DNA of 64,000 nucleotides from Octopus vulgaris (taxonomy: Eukaryota), in contig OX597828.1 in NCBI GenBank assembly GCA_951406725.2, positions 60,078,001-60,142,000 on the forward strand. Direction: 5' to 3'. Positions within the stretch are counted from its first letter, which is position 1; the number at the start of each line of letters is the position of its first letter. The notes below the pieces were generated by a model. The model saw only the letters and a program-made list of their open reading frames with translations, did no database searches and was not told where the DNA came from. This document shows, piece by piece, positions 1 through 12,530 of the stretch. The translations under genes were made by a program, and so were the position numbers.

Positions 1-1640
1 CTCTTCTACCCTTGGTGTCTACATTGAGCATGAGATGAGAGAGTTAGGGAGTCTGTCAAAGGCTTTCTCCATGTCAACAAATGCCAAGTACAGAGGTTTA
101 TTTTTGGTTAAGTACTTGTCTTACAGATGCTTTATTACCAGGAATATAACATCAGAAGTGCTTCTCTCTGGCACAAAAACAAACTGCATCTCATCTAGGC
201 TAGCTGTCTTCCTAATTAGTTGAGCTATGACCCTTTCTGTAACTTTCATCACCTGGTGCTGTACCTTAATAACTGTAAGTACTTCTGTTTAAGGCATTAC
301 CTATCCCTTTGTAGCAGTTGAATATAATGCTGCTACACCAGTCATTGGGTATGATCACTTCCTGGACAACCTGATTAACTAGATTATATCCCACCCCATC
401 TCAATGATAATTCCTGATGAGCTAGGAACTTTCTTTGTCTTCATACTTCATACTCGAATCGCTTCCTAATGTGGGTTCACAATATGGAAGACACTCATTT
501 TCCCATGCATTCTCTATGCTTGGCAGCCTTCCAGAGTGACGCTTCCATGCCTCTTTTATTTCCAGAGTTACCAAGTGCAAGTGTACCATCCAATTGAACA
601 CACTTCTCTCTTATTTCCCCTGACTCACTGTCTTACAATCGAGAACACCTCAAGCCTCTGCTCCTCATGCCACAAAATATTGCAAGCTTCCTTCTTTCTG
701 CTTCTCCCCAAGCTAAATGTACATATCACCTAACTTCCTTTCTAGCTATCTTGTATAGTTCTCTGCTACATCCACTCTTCCAGACCTTCCAACCCTGTTT
801 CTTTGCTCTTATGGCCCTGTCTACTACACCATTCCACACCTGTGACATCTTATATGTTGTTGAGGCTTTGCACTCACCACAAATTTGGTCTATAACCCTT
901 AGTACTATATCCCAAAGGAACTTCCAGTTGTCCTCTATGTCATATGTCATTATCTTCTCTTCCTTCTTGTAAAATGCTTCATGTAAGATGTCTCTACATC
1001 TCTGTCTATTCATAGGATCCTTAAACTTCCTTCTTTTCTAGACTGGTTTGCTTCTTGGAATCCTTCTAGACTGAGGTCTGAATTCACTAATGTCTAGCCT
1101 GTGTTGAGGAGCACATTTTCACATGGGAAGGTCTTTTCATTTTTGAGCAACCATCTATTCTGCTTTATGATGAATGGGGTCACCAGATCATTAGGTCATG
1201 CGCATCACAGAACTTCAGTATCTATGTTGCCTCCACATTTCAGAAACCAACTCCATAGCCTCCATGCACACCATAGAAGCCACCTACATGCTGCCCAACA
1301 TGCCCATTGAAGTCACCATCCACAAAGATAAGGTCACTGTCATTTGTTTTCAAGGTAGCCTGCAAAAGGGTATCATAAAGTCATTCCTTTTGTTCATCTG
1401 GCAATCCAATTTGAGGATCATAGGCAGAAATTATAGTTGATATTAGTCTACGCATACTTATCACACACTCTAGCCACCTCAATCACTTTATCCACCTATT
1501 TCTCAGCTAGAAATATGCCTACGTCAACCACCTTTATTACCTGTCCAGAAGATTTTATACCTCTGTTTTTTGCCTGTGATGAACTTGGCTGAAGCTCCCC
1601 TCCACATCACTTGTATGCAACACTATCTACACTCCTTAAA
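1..1640 (-). mobile_element. Degraded RTE-clade LINE, 5' part (APE endonuclease to start of RT)
   Basis: Minus-strand ORF 726-1013 (IEDNWKFL..DQICG..WNGVVDRAIRAKKQ) matches the RTE copy at 16827-17444; RT 'AFVDMEKAFD' remnant near 50-90; endonuclease remnants at 1100-1620; many stops. Confidence 0.85.
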
Positions 1641-1669
1641 TGGGCTGGACATGCAACACTGGCATCAGC

Positions 1670-2665
1670 CATGGCTGCGATCTCACTTTAGTTGCCGGGT
1701 CTTCTCAATCACAGCAAACCTCCAAAAGTCTCGGTCTCCTGTCATTGCCTTATGAGGCGAATGTTCGAAAGTCATGCTTCACCACCTCATCCCATGCCTT
1801 TCTGGGTCTACCTCTTCCACAGGTTCCTTCCACAGTTAGGGTGTGGCACTCCCTCACACAGCTGTCCTCATCTATATGTAACATAGCTGTACCAGCGCAG
1901 TCGTCTCTCATGTCCAACTTTTCTCTCAGAGCGCTCACACTCTGTCATGTATGCACACTGACATTACACATCCAGCGGATGTGTAATGTTACCAGCAGAA
2001 GGAGTAGCTCTCTGAACTTTGCCCAATCTATTCTTTTTCTGGCAGCTACACTCTTGGAGTATCCCCCCCAACTGACTTGGTCACCATTAGAAGCTATCAC
2101 CATTAGAAGCTATCATTAGAAGCTATCAACTACTTCTAATTTTTTTTTTCCCTGGCATCTGATCGAATCTGTTTTCTGTACATCTTCAGTGTTTATTGCC
2201 CCTGTGCCACACATAAAAACTATCTACCCAGTTAACCTTCCTTTGATATTGCTGCACCTATATGTCCATAGCTTACACTGGGTACATCCTATGGAGTTTC
2301 AACTTACACTTTTTCTACAGATCAAGCAGGACCATCTACCTGAAGGGATTTGTGATTTGTCTACCTTCATACTTACCAAGACTTTGGCTTTTGTTAGATT
2401 GACTCTAAGGCCCTTTGATTCTAGACCTTGATTCCACCCTTGATTTTTCTCTAGTTCTGATAGTGACTCAGGTATTACAGCAATGTCATCAGCGTAGAGG
2501 AGCTCCTAGGGGCAGCCTATCTTGAATTCCTCTGTTATTGCATAGAAGTCTATGATGAATAAGAGGGGGCTGAGGACTGATCATTGGTGAACCCCTACTT
2601 CTACTTACCCAGAATTCTTCACTATACTCATTGCCGACCCTTACCTTACTGACAGCATCCCTGTA
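1670..2665 (-). mobile_element. Degraded RTE LINE, 3' part (RT YADD to C-terminus)
   Basis: ELLYADD on minus strand near 2485-2505; C-terminal VEGTCGRGRPRKAWDEVVKHD (ORF 1750-1938); local triplication of CATTAGAAGCTATCA at ~2084-2128. Confidence 0.85.
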
Positions 2666-2671
2666 GTATCA

Positions 2672-2871
2672 TTAGCATGTTGGTAAAAATGCTTCACAGC
2701 CATTTCTTCTGATTTTACTTTCTTAGTTCAAATGCCACCCAGGTCAATTTTACCTTTCATCCAGACAAACACTGGAGTTGATGTAATAGACTAGTCCCCC
2801 CCACCTCCTTTCTGTTTTCAAGCCTTGTACCTATAATAGAAAGGAATTTTACATGTGTGTGTGTGTGTGTG

Positions 2872-2916
<45 letters not shown>

Positions 2917-3090
2917 TAAAGAAAACTGGCAGAATTGTAAGCATATCAGGAAAAATACTTAGCAGCCATTTCTTCCAACTTTACATTCTCAGTTCAAATG
3001 CTACTCAGATCAGCTTTGCCTTTCATTGTTTTGAGATAGGTAAAATAAGCACTAGGAAATTGCTGGCCTTATGCCAAAATTTAAAACCAA
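2672..3090 (+). mobile_element. Two degraded SINE fragments separated by (TG)n(TA)n
   Basis: Both contain GTTCAAAT..TTT(G/A)CCTTTCAT, homologous to the SINEs at 25690-25910, 27482-27695 and 53308-53505. Confidence 0.65.
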
Positions 3091-3156
3091 TATTATGTAT
3101 ATGTATAAAAAAGATTAGTATATTATTATTTTATTTATTCTTTGTTTCAAATTATA

Positions 3157-4409
3157 TTAGGGTGTTCGGAAAGTAATTGCATTTTACCCGAAAGGATATA
3201 AAAACAAATGTAAACTACGTTTGCCTGAATAGTTTTAATCAAGAATGTAATCACCATCATTTTCAATGACTGCAGCCCAATGGGAAAGTAAATTTTTATG
3301 CCATGTTCAAAGAAACCTATTTCTTTTCCCGAAGAAAATGTCTGAAAGACTGTTTTCAACTTCCTCTCTGTTTGTGAATGTTTTGTCTCTTATAAAATGT
3401 TCTAGTGATTGGAACAGATGGAAATCTGTAGGTACTAAGTCAGGTGAGTATAGAGGATGTGGAAGAACTTCCCATCCTACTGATTTTATTTTTTCTTAGG
3501 TTTGTTTTGAAGAGTGTAGCTGTGCATTGTCATGCTGGTGAATAACACTTTTTCTATTTACCAAAGCTGGCCACTTTCAACATAATTTTTCATTTACACA
3601 ATCAATTTGTTGGTAGTAGACATCTACATTGATGGTCCTTGCATGCTCATAATGGACAGTAGCTTTCATGTTTCACTAAACACAGAGCAAGAATTTTAGT
3701 GTAAGAAGCTCTGGTTTTGGTGTTGGCACTGGCCTCTCATTACATGATAACTGTTGTCTTTTTCATTATCTATTGTGATGCAAAACTCATTTTTCAATGC
3801 CTGTAACAATGCTCTGCAGAAATAACAGGTGTTATTCCTGGCTAGAAGACTGCTGCAGATGGTGGAATGTTGTGTTCAGTTCTCAAGCGTAAGCTCATGT
3901 AGAACCCAAATTTCCTCTTTGCTTGTTTTCCCAATTTGCTTGAGATGTTAGAGGATAGTTGAACGTAACACATTAAATTTTTGCACCAAATCTCTGGTGC
4001 TTTGACATGGACCTGATGCAATAGTCTCATTCAAGAGGTCATCATTCAGAGTGGCTTGTCTTCCAGGGCGAGGCTTGTTGGATATGTCACAATTTCCACC
4101 TTTAAGTCTGTTAAACCACAGCTGACATGTATGAGCTTTCACTGCACTCACATGTTTTTCATTGCTTCTGTAGTGGTACTTTTGTTTTGAAACTCACACT
4201 GTTAAGCAATGGTGAATATATTGTTTCATAAAGTTCTTATCCTCCATGGGGTCAATCACCGAAATAACTATGAATGATACACTGCCAGATAGAAGAGATG
4301 ATATATTATTTCTAGACAGTTCCCACTCATTCAACCTTGGCTCTGATATGATTAGTTGATTCATATTTCATCGTGGTGAAAAAACACAATTACTTTCCAA
4401 ACACCTTAA
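3157..4409 (-). mobile_element. Mariner DNA transposon, full length, transposase pseudogenised
   Basis: TIRs TTAGGGTGTTCGGAAAGTAATTG / CAATTACTTTCCAAACACCTTAA; TA at left flank; ~1.25 kb; minus-strand GWEVLPHPLYSPDLVPTDFH and HTH region (WFNRLKGGNCDISNKPRPGR). Confidence 0.9.
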
Positions 4410-4709
4410 CATATACACACACAGTGAAGTATGTACATTTGGGTGTATATAGGTGTGCATACACAATTAAAGTTATAAATATATGCATACTTATATATAC
4501 ATGTACACATTTATATATTTATGCATACTTATATATGCATATATGAACATACACGCATTACATACATACACACATTACATACATACACACATGGATATAT
4601 ATAAACTCATTCAGATGTATACATACATAAATACACATTTGTAAGCATCCTTTGATGAACGTATATTTATATAGATGCACACAGATTTATATATATATAT
4701 ATGTATATA

Positions 4710-4756
<47 letters not shown>

Positions 4757-5045
4757 TCATATGCATGCACGCATATACACACACACATTTATACAGATTT
4801 ATACTTATAGACACACACACACACTCATATACAAACTCATACATCCACATTTACACACATATATATGTATACACACACATATAAACATGTACACATACTT
4901 GTATATGTATACATATATGAACACACGTACTCTTTCCGTTGATGTTATGAGTTTGTAACTATGATATAATATTCCCCTTTTCCCAGTATTTCAAACAGTT
5001 ACCAATTCAGCCGTCTATTCACCTTTCTCTCTCTCTCTCTCTCAT
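4410..5045. repeat. Compound (TA)n/(CA)n/(TG)n/(CT)n microsatellite and low-complexity tract
   Basis: Visible dinucleotide runs. Confidence 0.9.
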
Positions 5046-5122
5046 CCTTGTGTGTTTATACACACAAATTGTCTAGATAGGAATAATATGTCTCTTATTT
5101 GTATTTACTTGTTTACTTATTA

Positions 5123-6132
5123 TTACATCCTCCTAAGCGAAGCGGAGGTATTGTTTTCAGTCGTGTTTGTTTGTCTGTGGACTAGATATCCCAAAATCTG
5201 CCAGTTGGATTTGGATGAAACTTTCAAGGATGTTTGGCCTTGTGACTGGCACAGTCTCAAGTAGATTTTGGGATCAATCCAGTCCCGGACAAAGACTCTG
5301 AGTTGTCTTTTATATTTTCTTTACTTTACACGTATACCTCTTTTTTACACACACATATACTCACACTTCAAACACTGTCGGCTTTTTCACTCCTTCTTCC
5401 ATTTATTCAAATATCACCCCTTCCTTTCTCATTCTTTGGCCCTTCATTTCATCTTTCTCATTGTTATTATTTTCTCTGACTCTCTCTCAATCATGGCTGT
5501 TACTCTTACTACTTCTCCTTCTCTGTATTAGTAGAAACTGATAGATAAAATAAAGAGATCAAACTACATAAACAAATGGCAGCAAAACCGTTCAGAAATT
5601 AAATAACACTAACATATTTTTATAATGTATATTTTATATAACATACATACATTTAACACTTTACATAAATACATACATCTATACATCTAAATCAATGGGA
5701 ATACTAAAGGAAGGCCGGAATTTAAGAGAAGAGAAGACCAAAAGGTCTCACGCTATTCATTTAAAAATTCCTGAGTAGAAATTATTTATTACCGCTGCCT
5801 TTGAAACTATTTTGAATGGTGAATTTGTTCACTTTGGCTTGTATTAGATAAGGATAAACTATTTATTACTGTTACTAAATTTTCTACAGCCACCTTCACA
5901 TTCCATGACTACAATTGGGATCGATCAGGTACCAGACAGGGATTCTGGATTATTTTTCTGGATTTTTTATACTTAATTTTTGAGAGTGGTCAGGTTCATT
6001 TTTAGTATTCTCATTTGTGAGAGCAGTCGAGTTTATTTCAGATATTCTCATTTTAAAAATCATCTCCAGCTAATCACCAAAAGATGTTGGTGTTGCCTTG
6101 GCAGAGGTTTGCACTCTCTGAGTGCTCTTGTT
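5123..6132 (+). mobile_element. Helentron/HINE-like non-autonomous element with an unrelated ~620 bp interior
   Basis: 5' CCTCC..GGAGG hairpin followed by GTTTGTTTGTCTGT; 3' CCTTGGCAGAGG subterminal repeat plus terminal hairpin GCACTC-TCT-GAGTGC followed by a T-rich flank; family call from recalled architecture. Confidence 0.6.
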
Positions 6133-6369
6133 TATTATATTATTTGATACTAATTTTTTTACTGTAGTTCATGTAGAATGGTTATTTTTTAAAACATTTT
6201 TTCTTTTAAATTTAAAATTTTAATCTTTATAACACTTTATAATTACAATTTATTATAAAATTATCATATGTATTGTTAGTCGTAATTGTACTTTTTGTGA
6301 AAGTGAATTATTACTCATTAAGATTTAGTCTTTTCTGAATATTTTAGTTTAATTACTAATGAATATGGA

Positions 6370-6418
<49 letters not shown>

Positions 6419-6484
6419 CTCCTCTATGCTGACGACCTTGCTCTAATTGCTGAGTCACTATCAGAACTGGAGGAGAAGTTTCAG

Positions 6485-7378
6485 GTGTGGAAACAAGGAT
6501 TAGAATCGAAGGGCCTTAGAATCAACCTAGCCAAAACCAAAGTCCTAATAAGTAGGAAGGTAGATCAATCACAAACGCCTTCAGGTAGATGGCCCTGCTC
6601 GATCTGTAAAAAAGGTGTAGGTAGAAACTCTATAAGATGCACCAAGTGTAAGCTATGGACACATAAGAGGTGCAGCAATGTCAAAGGAAGGCTAACTAGG
6701 AAAATAGTTTTTGTCTGTGGCAAATGCTCAGGAGCAATAAACACTGGAAATGTGCAGAGACCAACTTCTGCCACGTTCCAGGGAGACAAACTAGAAGTAG
6801 TTGATAGCTTCCGCTACCTAGGAGACCAAGTCAGTAGCGGGGGTGGGTGTGCTGAAAGTGTAACTGCTAGAGTAAGAATAGCCTGGGCAAAGTTTAGAGA
6901 GCTCTTACCCCTGCTGGTGACAAAAGGCCTCTCGCTCAGAGTAAAAGGCAGACTGTATGATGCATGTGTACGTACAGCCATGCTACATGGTAGTGAAACA
7001 TGGGCCGTGACTGCTGAGGATATGCGTAAGCTCGCAAGAAATGAAGCCAGTATGCTCCGATGGATGTGTAATGTCAGTGTTCATAATCGTCAGAGTGTAA
7101 GTTCCTTGAGAGAAAAGTTGAACCTAAGAAGCGTCAGTTGTGGTGTGCAAGAGAGACGGCTGCGCTGGTATGGTCATGTGACGAGAAAGGCTGAAGATAG
7201 TTGTGTGCAAAAGTGCTACACCCTAGCAGTTGAGGGAACCTGTGGAAGAGGTAGACCCAGGAAAACCTGGGACGAGGTGGTGAAGCACGACCTTCGAACT
7301 TTAGGTCTCACTAAGGAAATGTCTAGAGACCGAGACCTATGGAAGTATGCTGTGCGTGAGAAGACCCGGCAAGACTAG
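6485..7378 (+). CDS. RTE ORF2 C-terminal fragment: RT motifs 6-7/thumb with inserted PHD finger
   Basis: KTKVL, CSIC-x10-CTKC-x4-H-x2-C-x14-CGKC, FRYLG, LRWYGHV, GRGRPRKTW; a fragment, not an independent gene. Confidence 0.85.
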   Translation: MWKQGLESKGLRINLAKTKVLISRKVDQSQTPSGRWPCSICKKGVGRNSIRCTKCKLWTHKRCSNVKGRLTRKIVFVCGKCSGAINTGNVQRPTSATFQGDKLEVVDSFRYLGDQVSSGGGCAESVTARVRIAWAKFRELLPLLVTKGLSLRVKGRLYDACVRTAMLHGSETWAVTAEDMRKLARNEASMLRWMCNVSVHNRQSVSSLREKLNLRSVSCGVQERRLRWYGHVTRKAEDSCVQKCYTLAVEGTCGRGRPRKTWDEVVKHDLRTLGLTKEMSRDRDLWKYAVREKTRQD

Positions 7379-7379
7379 T

Positions 7380-9665
7380 CAGGCCATAACCCGTGGCCCC
7401 TACCTGGGACGTAGTCAGTCCTCCTGTGCATACCTTCCTTCTTGTGACACTTATGAAGACCTGTTGAGGCAAGTGAAAATCAAATCAAATCAAAACAAAT
7501 CAAAATAGATGAACATCAGTGGAATTGTATTCTTTGTGGTACCAGTGCCGGTGGCACACAAGAAAACCACCCAAACGTGGCTGTAGCCAGTACCGCATCG
7601 ACTGGCCTCCGTGCTGTGGGCACAACAAACACCATCCAATCGTGGCCGTTCGCCAGCCTCATCTGGCACCTGTGTCGGTGGCACATAAAGACACCATCCT
7701 AAGACCCGGCGACGTAGTCAGTCCACCTGTGCATACCTTCCCTCTTATGACACTTGTGAAGACCTGTTGAGGCAAGTGTGTGACACTTGTGAAGACCTGT
7801 TGAGGCAGAGGCAAGTGTGTGACACTTGTGGAGACCTGTTGAGGCAAGTGTGTGACCCTTGTGAAGACCTGTTGAGGCAAGTGAAAATCAAAAATCAAAT
7901 CAAACCAAATCAAAATAGATGAACATCAATGGAATTTGTATCTTTGTGGTTCCAGTACCGGTGGCACACAAGAAAACCATCCGAACGTGGCCGTAGCCAG
8001 TACCGCATCGACTGGCCTCCGTGCTGTGGGCACAACAAACACCACCTGATCGTGGCCGTTCGCCAGCCTCATCTGGCACCTGTGTCGGTGGCACATAAAA
8101 ACACCATCCGAAGACCCGGCGACGTAGTCAGTCCACCTGTGCATACCTTCCCTCTTATGACACTTGTGAAGACCTGTTGAGGCAAGTGTGTGACACTTGT
8201 GAAGACCTGTTGAGGCAGAGGCAAGTGTGTGACACTTTGTGAAGACCTGTTGAGGCAGAGGCAAGTGTGTGACACTTGTGGAGACGTGTTGAGGCAAGTG
8301 TGTGACACGTGTGACACTTGTGAAGACCTGTTGAAGCAAGTGAAAATCAAACCAAACTTGTGAAGACCTGTTGAGGCAAGTGAAAATCAAACCAAATCAA
8401 AATAGATGAACATCAATGGAATTTGTATCTTTGTGGTTCCAGTACCGGTGGCACACAAGAAAACCATCCGATCGTGGCCGTTCGCCAGCCTCATCTGGCA
8501 CCTGTGTCGGTGGCACATAAAAACACCATCCGAAGACCCGGCGACGTAGTCAGTCCACCTGTGCATACCTTCCTACTTATGACACTTGTGAAGACCTGTT
8601 GAGGCAAGTGAAAATCAAAATCAAATCAAATCAAATCAAACCAAATCAAAATAGATGAACATCAATGGAATTTGTATCTTTGTGGTACCAGTACCGGTGG
8701 CACACAAGAAAACCATCCGAACGTGGCCGTAGCCAGTACCGCATCGACTGGCCTCTGTGATGTGGGCACATAACAAACACCATCCGATCGTGGCCGTCCG
8801 CCAGCCTCATCTGGCACCTGTGTCGGTGGCACATAAAAACACCAACCGAAGACCCGGCAAGACTAGTCAGGCCATAACCCATGGCCCCTACTTGGGACGT
8901 AGTCAGTCCACCTGTGCATACCTTCCTTCCTTCTTGTGACACTTGTGAAGACCTGTGAAGACCTGTTGAGGCAAGTGAAAATCAAATCAAATCAAATCAA
9001 AATAGATGAACATCAATGGAATTTGTATCTTGTGGTACCAGTGCCAGTGGCACACAAGAAAACCATCCGAACGTGGCCGTAGCCAGTACCGCATCGACTG
9101 GCCTCCGTGCTGTGGGCACGCAACAAACACCATCCGATCGTGGCCGTTCGCCAGCCTCATCTGGCACCTGTGTCGGTGGCACATAAAAACACCATCCGAA
9201 GACCCGGCAAGACTAGTCAGGCCATAACCCGTGGCCCCTACCTGGGACGTAGTCAGTCCACCTGTGCATACCTTCCTTCTTGTGACACTTGTGAAGACCT
9301 GTTGAGGCAAGTGAAAATCAAATCAAATCAAATCAAAACAAATCAAAATAGATGAACATCAATGGAATTTGTATCTTTGTGGTACCAGTGCCGGTGGCAC
9401 ACAAGAAAATCATCCGAACGTGGCCGTAGCCAGTACCGCATAGACTGGCCTCCGTGCTTTGGGGACGTAACAAACACCATCCGATCGTGGCCGTCCGCCA
9501 GCCTCATCTGGCACCTGTGTCGGTGGCACATAAAAACACCATCCGAGCGTGGCCGTCTGCCAGCCTCGTCTGGCACCTGTGTCGGTGGCACATAAAAACA
9601 CCATCCGAGCGTGGCCGTTCGCCAGCCTCGTCTGGCACCTGTGTCGGTGGCACATAAAATCACCC
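7380..9665 (+). repeat. Hierarchical tandem amplification of the RTE 3' UTR (6 units of ~300-420 bp with nested 33-39 bp and ~62 bp subrepeats)
   Basis: GACGTAGTCAGTC recurs at 7408, 7711, 8121, 8543, 8896 and 9246; nested GACACTTGTGAAGACCTGTTGAGGCAAGT repeats. Confidence 0.95.
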
Positions 9666-9843
9666 ACTACACTCTCGGAGTGGTTGGCGTTAGGAAGGGC
9701 ATCCAGCTGTAGAAACACTGCCAGATCTGACTGGCCTGGTGCAGCCTTCGGGCTCCCCAGACCCCAGTTGAACCGTCCAACCCATGCTAGCATGGAAAAC
9801 GGACGCTAAATGATGATGATGATATACATATATATATATAATT

Positions 9844-10450
9844 ATCATCATTTAATGTCCATGTTCCATGCTGGCATGGTTTCAATAGTTTGACAGGATC
9901 TGCTGTGTCCAAGTGCTTCATCAACCTCCAATGTCTGCTCAAGCACGATTTCTTTTTTACTGTTGGATGCCCTTTCTAATGTCTACCACACTACAGCATG
10001 GACTGCACTATTGAGGTCACCATTTAGTTTGCAGTACCATGAGCCCTTGGGTAGATGTGGGGATCAGCTTCATGCTAGGGGTTGCTATGAGAGATGGGGT
10101 GGCAGAGTAGGTTCCTGCAGAGGAATCTGCATGATTACTCACATCTAGTAAAGAAAAAATAATTGAGGGAGTAAAAGAGAGCTGCAAGACAAGTAATGAC
10201 AGTAAGGTACTCAAGTGGCTCCCACAAAGCATATGCTGAGTGGGAGGTGATTAACAGGTGGGGAGGCAAACTGCCATAATTGATAGGGTTGAAGGTTGGC
10301 TAAAACAAGTGCCACAAGCTAGGGAAGATAGAGCAATGCAGTGAGGAGCAGGAGTAGTAAAGATGATGCAGTTACTGGGATTAGGAGGACAAAACAAGTA
10401 CGATAAGTTGGATAGGCTTTGGAGCCAAGGGAAAAGAGGCAAGCATAATG
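9844..10450 (-). mobile_element. Degraded RTE-type 3' tail/UTR
   Basis: ATCATCATTTAATGTCCATGTTCCATGCTGGCATGG and TGGATGCCCTTTCTAA, the reverse complement of the RTE terminal motif; similar to 32350-33200 and 63590-64000. Confidence 0.6.
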
Positions 10451-11968
10451 GATGAGTGTGGAGCTGGGAGACTCACTGTAATGGACCCAAAACGTAGCAC
10501 TTCCAGAACTCAGTTTCCTTGAGGCAAGCGAATCATTTTGAGAACCTCGTATTGCCAGCCATATAAAGAAGTGCTATTTGCTTAATGTGGTTGGAACCTG
10601 TGAAAGAGGTAGACATGGGATGAAGTTAAGAAATACGACCTCAGGACTTCAATCATGGTAGATAAGTTGACAAAGGACTTGGATAAATCACTTTATCCAC
10701 TTATTTCTCTGCTAGAAATATGCTTGTATCCATCCATACACACACACACACACCCACACATATACATGCATGCACATCCTCACACATAAACACCATACCT
10801 GCCATAGCAGCAGACATACATAACAAAACCACACCCACCCATCTTTCTGTATGTGGCAGGTATCAACACACACATGCACTTGCAAAAACAACCATTAAAT
10901 ATCAACATAATAGCAACTAACACAGACCGACACAAATATGCATACACATCCATACAACCAATAACAGACCCACATTCACACTCCATGTATATGCATATGT
11001 GCACAAGTATACACACACACACACACATACACATGCATACAAACTCATACACTCATCAACCTTATCATTGCCATTTCCAAACACATGCCACCATTTTCCT
11101 GTCCAACCACACAGTTAAAGAAACTCCCCAGTCTGCTGGTAGTGGTGTTACTATCAAATTGACATTATTCACTACAACATCATGTTACCCTCCGGGCTCT
11201 TCATTAGGCCTTGGGCCCAACCATAACACTTTATGCATTGAGTACATATTAATTTCTATTAAACTTGAACAATATTTTTCAAGCAGTGAACAATTTTCAT
11301 CAAAACAATAGTAGAAGTATCAATGAATAGTGAGAGAGGGGTTGAAGTGTGACAAACTGACACACAGAAATTAGTTTTCACATCTATTATATTAGACATA
11401 TATATTTAGAGAAAGGTAGTTATGGCCAATTCATAGGGTTATTCTTGGTTTCACATCCATAAAGTGCTTAGATTTACATACATCTCATCATACCCTAGTG
11501 GCCAGTGCCTATAACCTTCATTCTAAATGGAAGGAGAAAAGGCCTCGTGGCTAGTTTTTGAACACATAAACAAAGAAGAATGGTCCAACACAAAGGATTG
11601 TCTTCTTTAGACCACTATCTAGAATTCATCCAGTCAGATTGTGGGTCCTGGGAGTTCAGTAGGAATCCCCTGAGGTGTAAATAGGGCCTGAAGACTTCTG
11701 TCCTGGAATTTAAGATCTTCGCTGGATCAAAGGAATTTTTAATATCCTCACCCATTCTGCTATGCACAGCTTGCAACATTTGCCCTCATTGATGTCGGGA
11801 CCTGGTTTTCTCTGCTTTTCCATGTGATTACATGTGAAGTCCCTTTGGCACTCAAAGCATTTTGTAGAAGTTACAGATATTATTTAATTAAGGTTGAACT
11901 CAGCTCTATACAACTTAGAATTTCATAGACTGATAGAATGAATCAAACTTGGCAAGCTGTCTGTCTAG

Positions 11969-12021
11969 ATGCCTGATGAGTAATATTCATTCTAGGACCC
12001 TTACAAAACTTTCAGTTGCAT
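11969..12021 (+). ncRNA. Minimal hammerhead ribozyme motif, disabled (G12A)
   Basis: ATGC-CTGATGA-GTAA..TTAC-AAAA(expected GAAA)C-TTTCA-GTT-GCAT; stems I, II and III can all pair. Confidence 0.7.
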
Positions 12022-12279
12022 AGAGCTCAAACTGTTATTAAATAATATACATATATATAGTATATGTGTGTGTGTGTATTCTGGTTATATAGATACTAAA
12101 AATTAAATTTAGAAGTTATAGTAAAAATTGACCTGTTCTTTTTAAATCAGAATCAAAAGAATAATGGGAAAAGAAGAGAGGAATTTCAGCATGCAATTAC
12201 TTTGGGTTGCAGAAATTTTTACCAGCAAATTTAGCTTTGGAACCCGACTCTTCTTCATTTTGCAGAATTTGGTTGTATT

Positions 12280-12530
12280 TTGCCAGACATTCTGATCAGT
12301 AGAGATCTCCAGTCTTGATCTGCCCAGTGCAAAGACCAACAATGAAATCAGCGATGAAAGTATCTTCAGTCTCACCACTGCTGATTGTGCATTTTGCAAT
12401 AGACTGTGCAAATCTTTGGCCAGGCTCAAGAGTCATACAAGGGTCTCACTTTGCATCATCAATGACTCATTTCATTGATTCTTTCTAGCAATGGCTTTGC
12501 TCATATGCGAAAAAGCAGCTACTGTATATA
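12280..12530 (+). mobile_element. 3' end of a LINE with a C-terminal C2H2 finger remnant
   Basis: [19 protein letters not shown] encoded near 12386-12445, followed by a short 3' UTR. Confidence 0.5.

Larger units (their letters stand above)
6418..9821 (+). mobile_element. 5'-truncated RTE LINE with hugely expanded 3' UTR and (GAT)n tail
   Basis: Starts at LLYADDL right after (TA)n; uninterrupted 297 aa ORF 6485-7378; ends GCTAAATGATGATGATGAT. Confidence 0.95.

Noticed and set aside
4611-4958. ORFs rich in CV/YI/HT (also 10720-11311, 13598-14573, 49229-49920)
   Set aside because: Dinucleotide microsatellite artefacts
7380-9665. CRISPR-like array (hairpin repeats with variable linkers)
   Set aside because: Linkers are homologous to one another, the context is a eukaryotic LINE 3' UTR, and there are no cas genes
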